Shown here piece after piece: positions 62,171 through 64,000 of a stretch of 64,000 bases of DNA (position 1 is the stretch's first letter; the number at the start of each line of letters is the position of its first letter). Under the pieces are notes generated by a model that saw only the letters and a list, made by a program, of their open reading frames with translations, made no database searches and was not told where the DNA came from. The translations under genes and the position numbers were made by a program. This DNA is from Takakia lepidozioides. Taxonomy: Eukaryota > Plantae > Bryophyta. Location of the stretch: NCBI GenBank assembly GCA_030704615.1, contig CM060731.1:11036001-11100000 (forward strand). The letters run 5' to 3'.

Positions 62171-64000
62171 TAATAATTAGTATAGTAGCCTTCTGATGCT
62201 CCAGTTGCTTTTCTTTCATGTCAAGTTGTGGGTTCTCCCACACTGCTGGCTCCCTCCCCCAGGCATGGCCGGATCAAGCAAAGCAAGGTTAGACTCCCAG
62301 GGTTGTTGTTCAGTAGCAGGCAGGTGACATGTGATGAGTGATGGGTCAGAGCGAGTGTGTGAATGTTGGCAAATAATGGTGGTGGGCCTCCTGCTCAGCA
62401 AACCTCCCCGCCCTCTTCTGTGTCGCCAAACCACAAAATATTCACATTTGAAGCCAAAAAGCAAACATTATTCCATAGACTTAGTGTGAATGAAAGCAGC
62501 ATAATGCCAAGCCGGGGCCACACCTAACTTATGAGTGCTGCTCTCCTCCTTCGTTAAGGTTCCGTCTAACGGTCTCTTTGAATTTTCGTCACAGAATCAC
62601 AACACAAAAAGCCTCCCTTCCCCATGCTCCTATGCACCTCTGGGGTTTTTTTTTCCCTTTTTGTGGGGATTTCCTCATGTACAGTTTGATGAAAGTAAGG
62701 ATTTTTTTTTTTTCCCAAAGTTTGTGAATGTGATTTAAAAGGGCTAAATTCCCTCTTTTTATTTATTTTTGGCATGAGGGGATGATTTGTGGGTCCAGGG
62801 ACAAACAGTCCCTGTGGGGTGTGTCCCTAACACTGTGTGGGGTGATTGGTGGAGTGATTGACCAGGGCTGCCCGAAACACGAAAAATAATGGCTAAACCT
62901 GGCGATGATGAGCAGCCAGTTGTGCATACGGTAGGCCCCGTGGCTATACTCCGCCCAATGTGCGAGGTGGTTTCGCCATGTTTCGCCACGAGTCGATTAG
63001 GTCAAGGGCTGTACTCATGTGAGGGCAGGTTGATTGCGTGGTGGGCCCAGTTCGAAACACGTGTGAATGGGATCACCGCCGCAATAATGCTGGCCTCCTC
63101 CCACACGTGTTATTATAAAGGTGCCACGCTCCGCACCTTACTCCCGTTGGATCCAAAACTAGGTCTCGATCTTTGCCGTTTGTTGCCGTAGGTTGTGTAG
63201 AAGAGGTTTCTTACCTACGACAGCAGTGTGGATGAATGTTCTGATTCGCTGTTGGATGGAGCTGCATGCAGGGCGTGACGGATCGTTGGGTTATCGTTGG
63301 TAGTTATTCGTTGAGGGATTGGTGAGAAAGGGGTAGAGGGCTGAGCGATTTTTTAAATTGATGCCTAGTCTCCTCTTATACTAAAGAGGAGCCAACAAAG
63401 AGAAAGATATAGACAAAATATTAAATTAAATCGATCTTGCCCCAGCCCGCTGCCCGACGAAAAATACATAGCTTGTGCCTGAGAAATTTGGAATAACTTG
63501 TCCGATCTCGCACAAAATACGAGTACTGTACGGCTGGGGATATCCCAGTGCTTCTCTTGTCCTCTACCCATTTTTGGAAGAAAAGAAGACAATTATACTA
63601 CGCCACATGTAATATCCGGTATACCAAAAGAGCTTATACTGGAAAATATTCCACCCGAGTCCAAGATTCCAAAAACCACAAGCCAATATTCCAAAAGCAG
63701 ATGCTGAGATTCCAAAATCATGAACTTTTCATACATAGCACAAGCAAAAGATTCTCTTAACCAAGGCCAAAATACTTTACATCGTGGGGAACTTACGGGG
63801 CATCTAACACCGAGCCCAAATACATAGATATTACGTTCTCCAAAAGTATGTATAAAGTATACTGTATACATGTATCTCCAACCCATGTTCCTGCTCGTAT
63901 GATATGTTTTGGTCCGTGAACTTACACCCAAGGTGGCTTAGGGTTGCAGGACATTTGGGCACTCCATTTGAAGTTGAAGGAGCTTCCGGGTCAGTCAATT

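Overview
Eukaryotic land-plant nuclear DNA with GT-AG introns; a non-seed plant is plausible but not proven. I could build exon models for five intact-looking genes: an LRR-III atypical receptor-like kinase (+, 15862-18623), a divergent Tmemb_14/FAX-like membrane protein (-, 19997-21680, first junction unresolved), TRAP-alpha/SSR1 (-, 49783-53391), a BOU-like mitochondrial carrier with an intronless CDS (+, 54233-55165) and a KORRIGAN-type GH9A endoglucanase (-, 57279-60846). There is also a GT37 xyloglucan-fucosyltransferase pseudogene with a partial duplicate. Much of the rest is nested transposon debris: Ty3/gypsy remnants (one with an internal inversion), a Dualen/RandI-like RNaseH+RLE LINE, two copies of a tRNA-derived SINE, hAT, MULE and Tourist MITEs, CACTA ends, and several piggyBac-like elements (TTAA/ATAA TSD, CCCT TIRs) plus a piggyBac transposase remnant. 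The most striking unexplained structure is an array of four 52-nt anticodon-less tRNA-like units (33694-34207, minus strand). Their acceptor and D stems show compensatory substitutions, they are separated by 82-137 nt spacers, and they lie between a piggyBac terminus and the transposase remnant. A fifth, more diverged unit is at about 261-311. All calls were made by eye; no searches were run.
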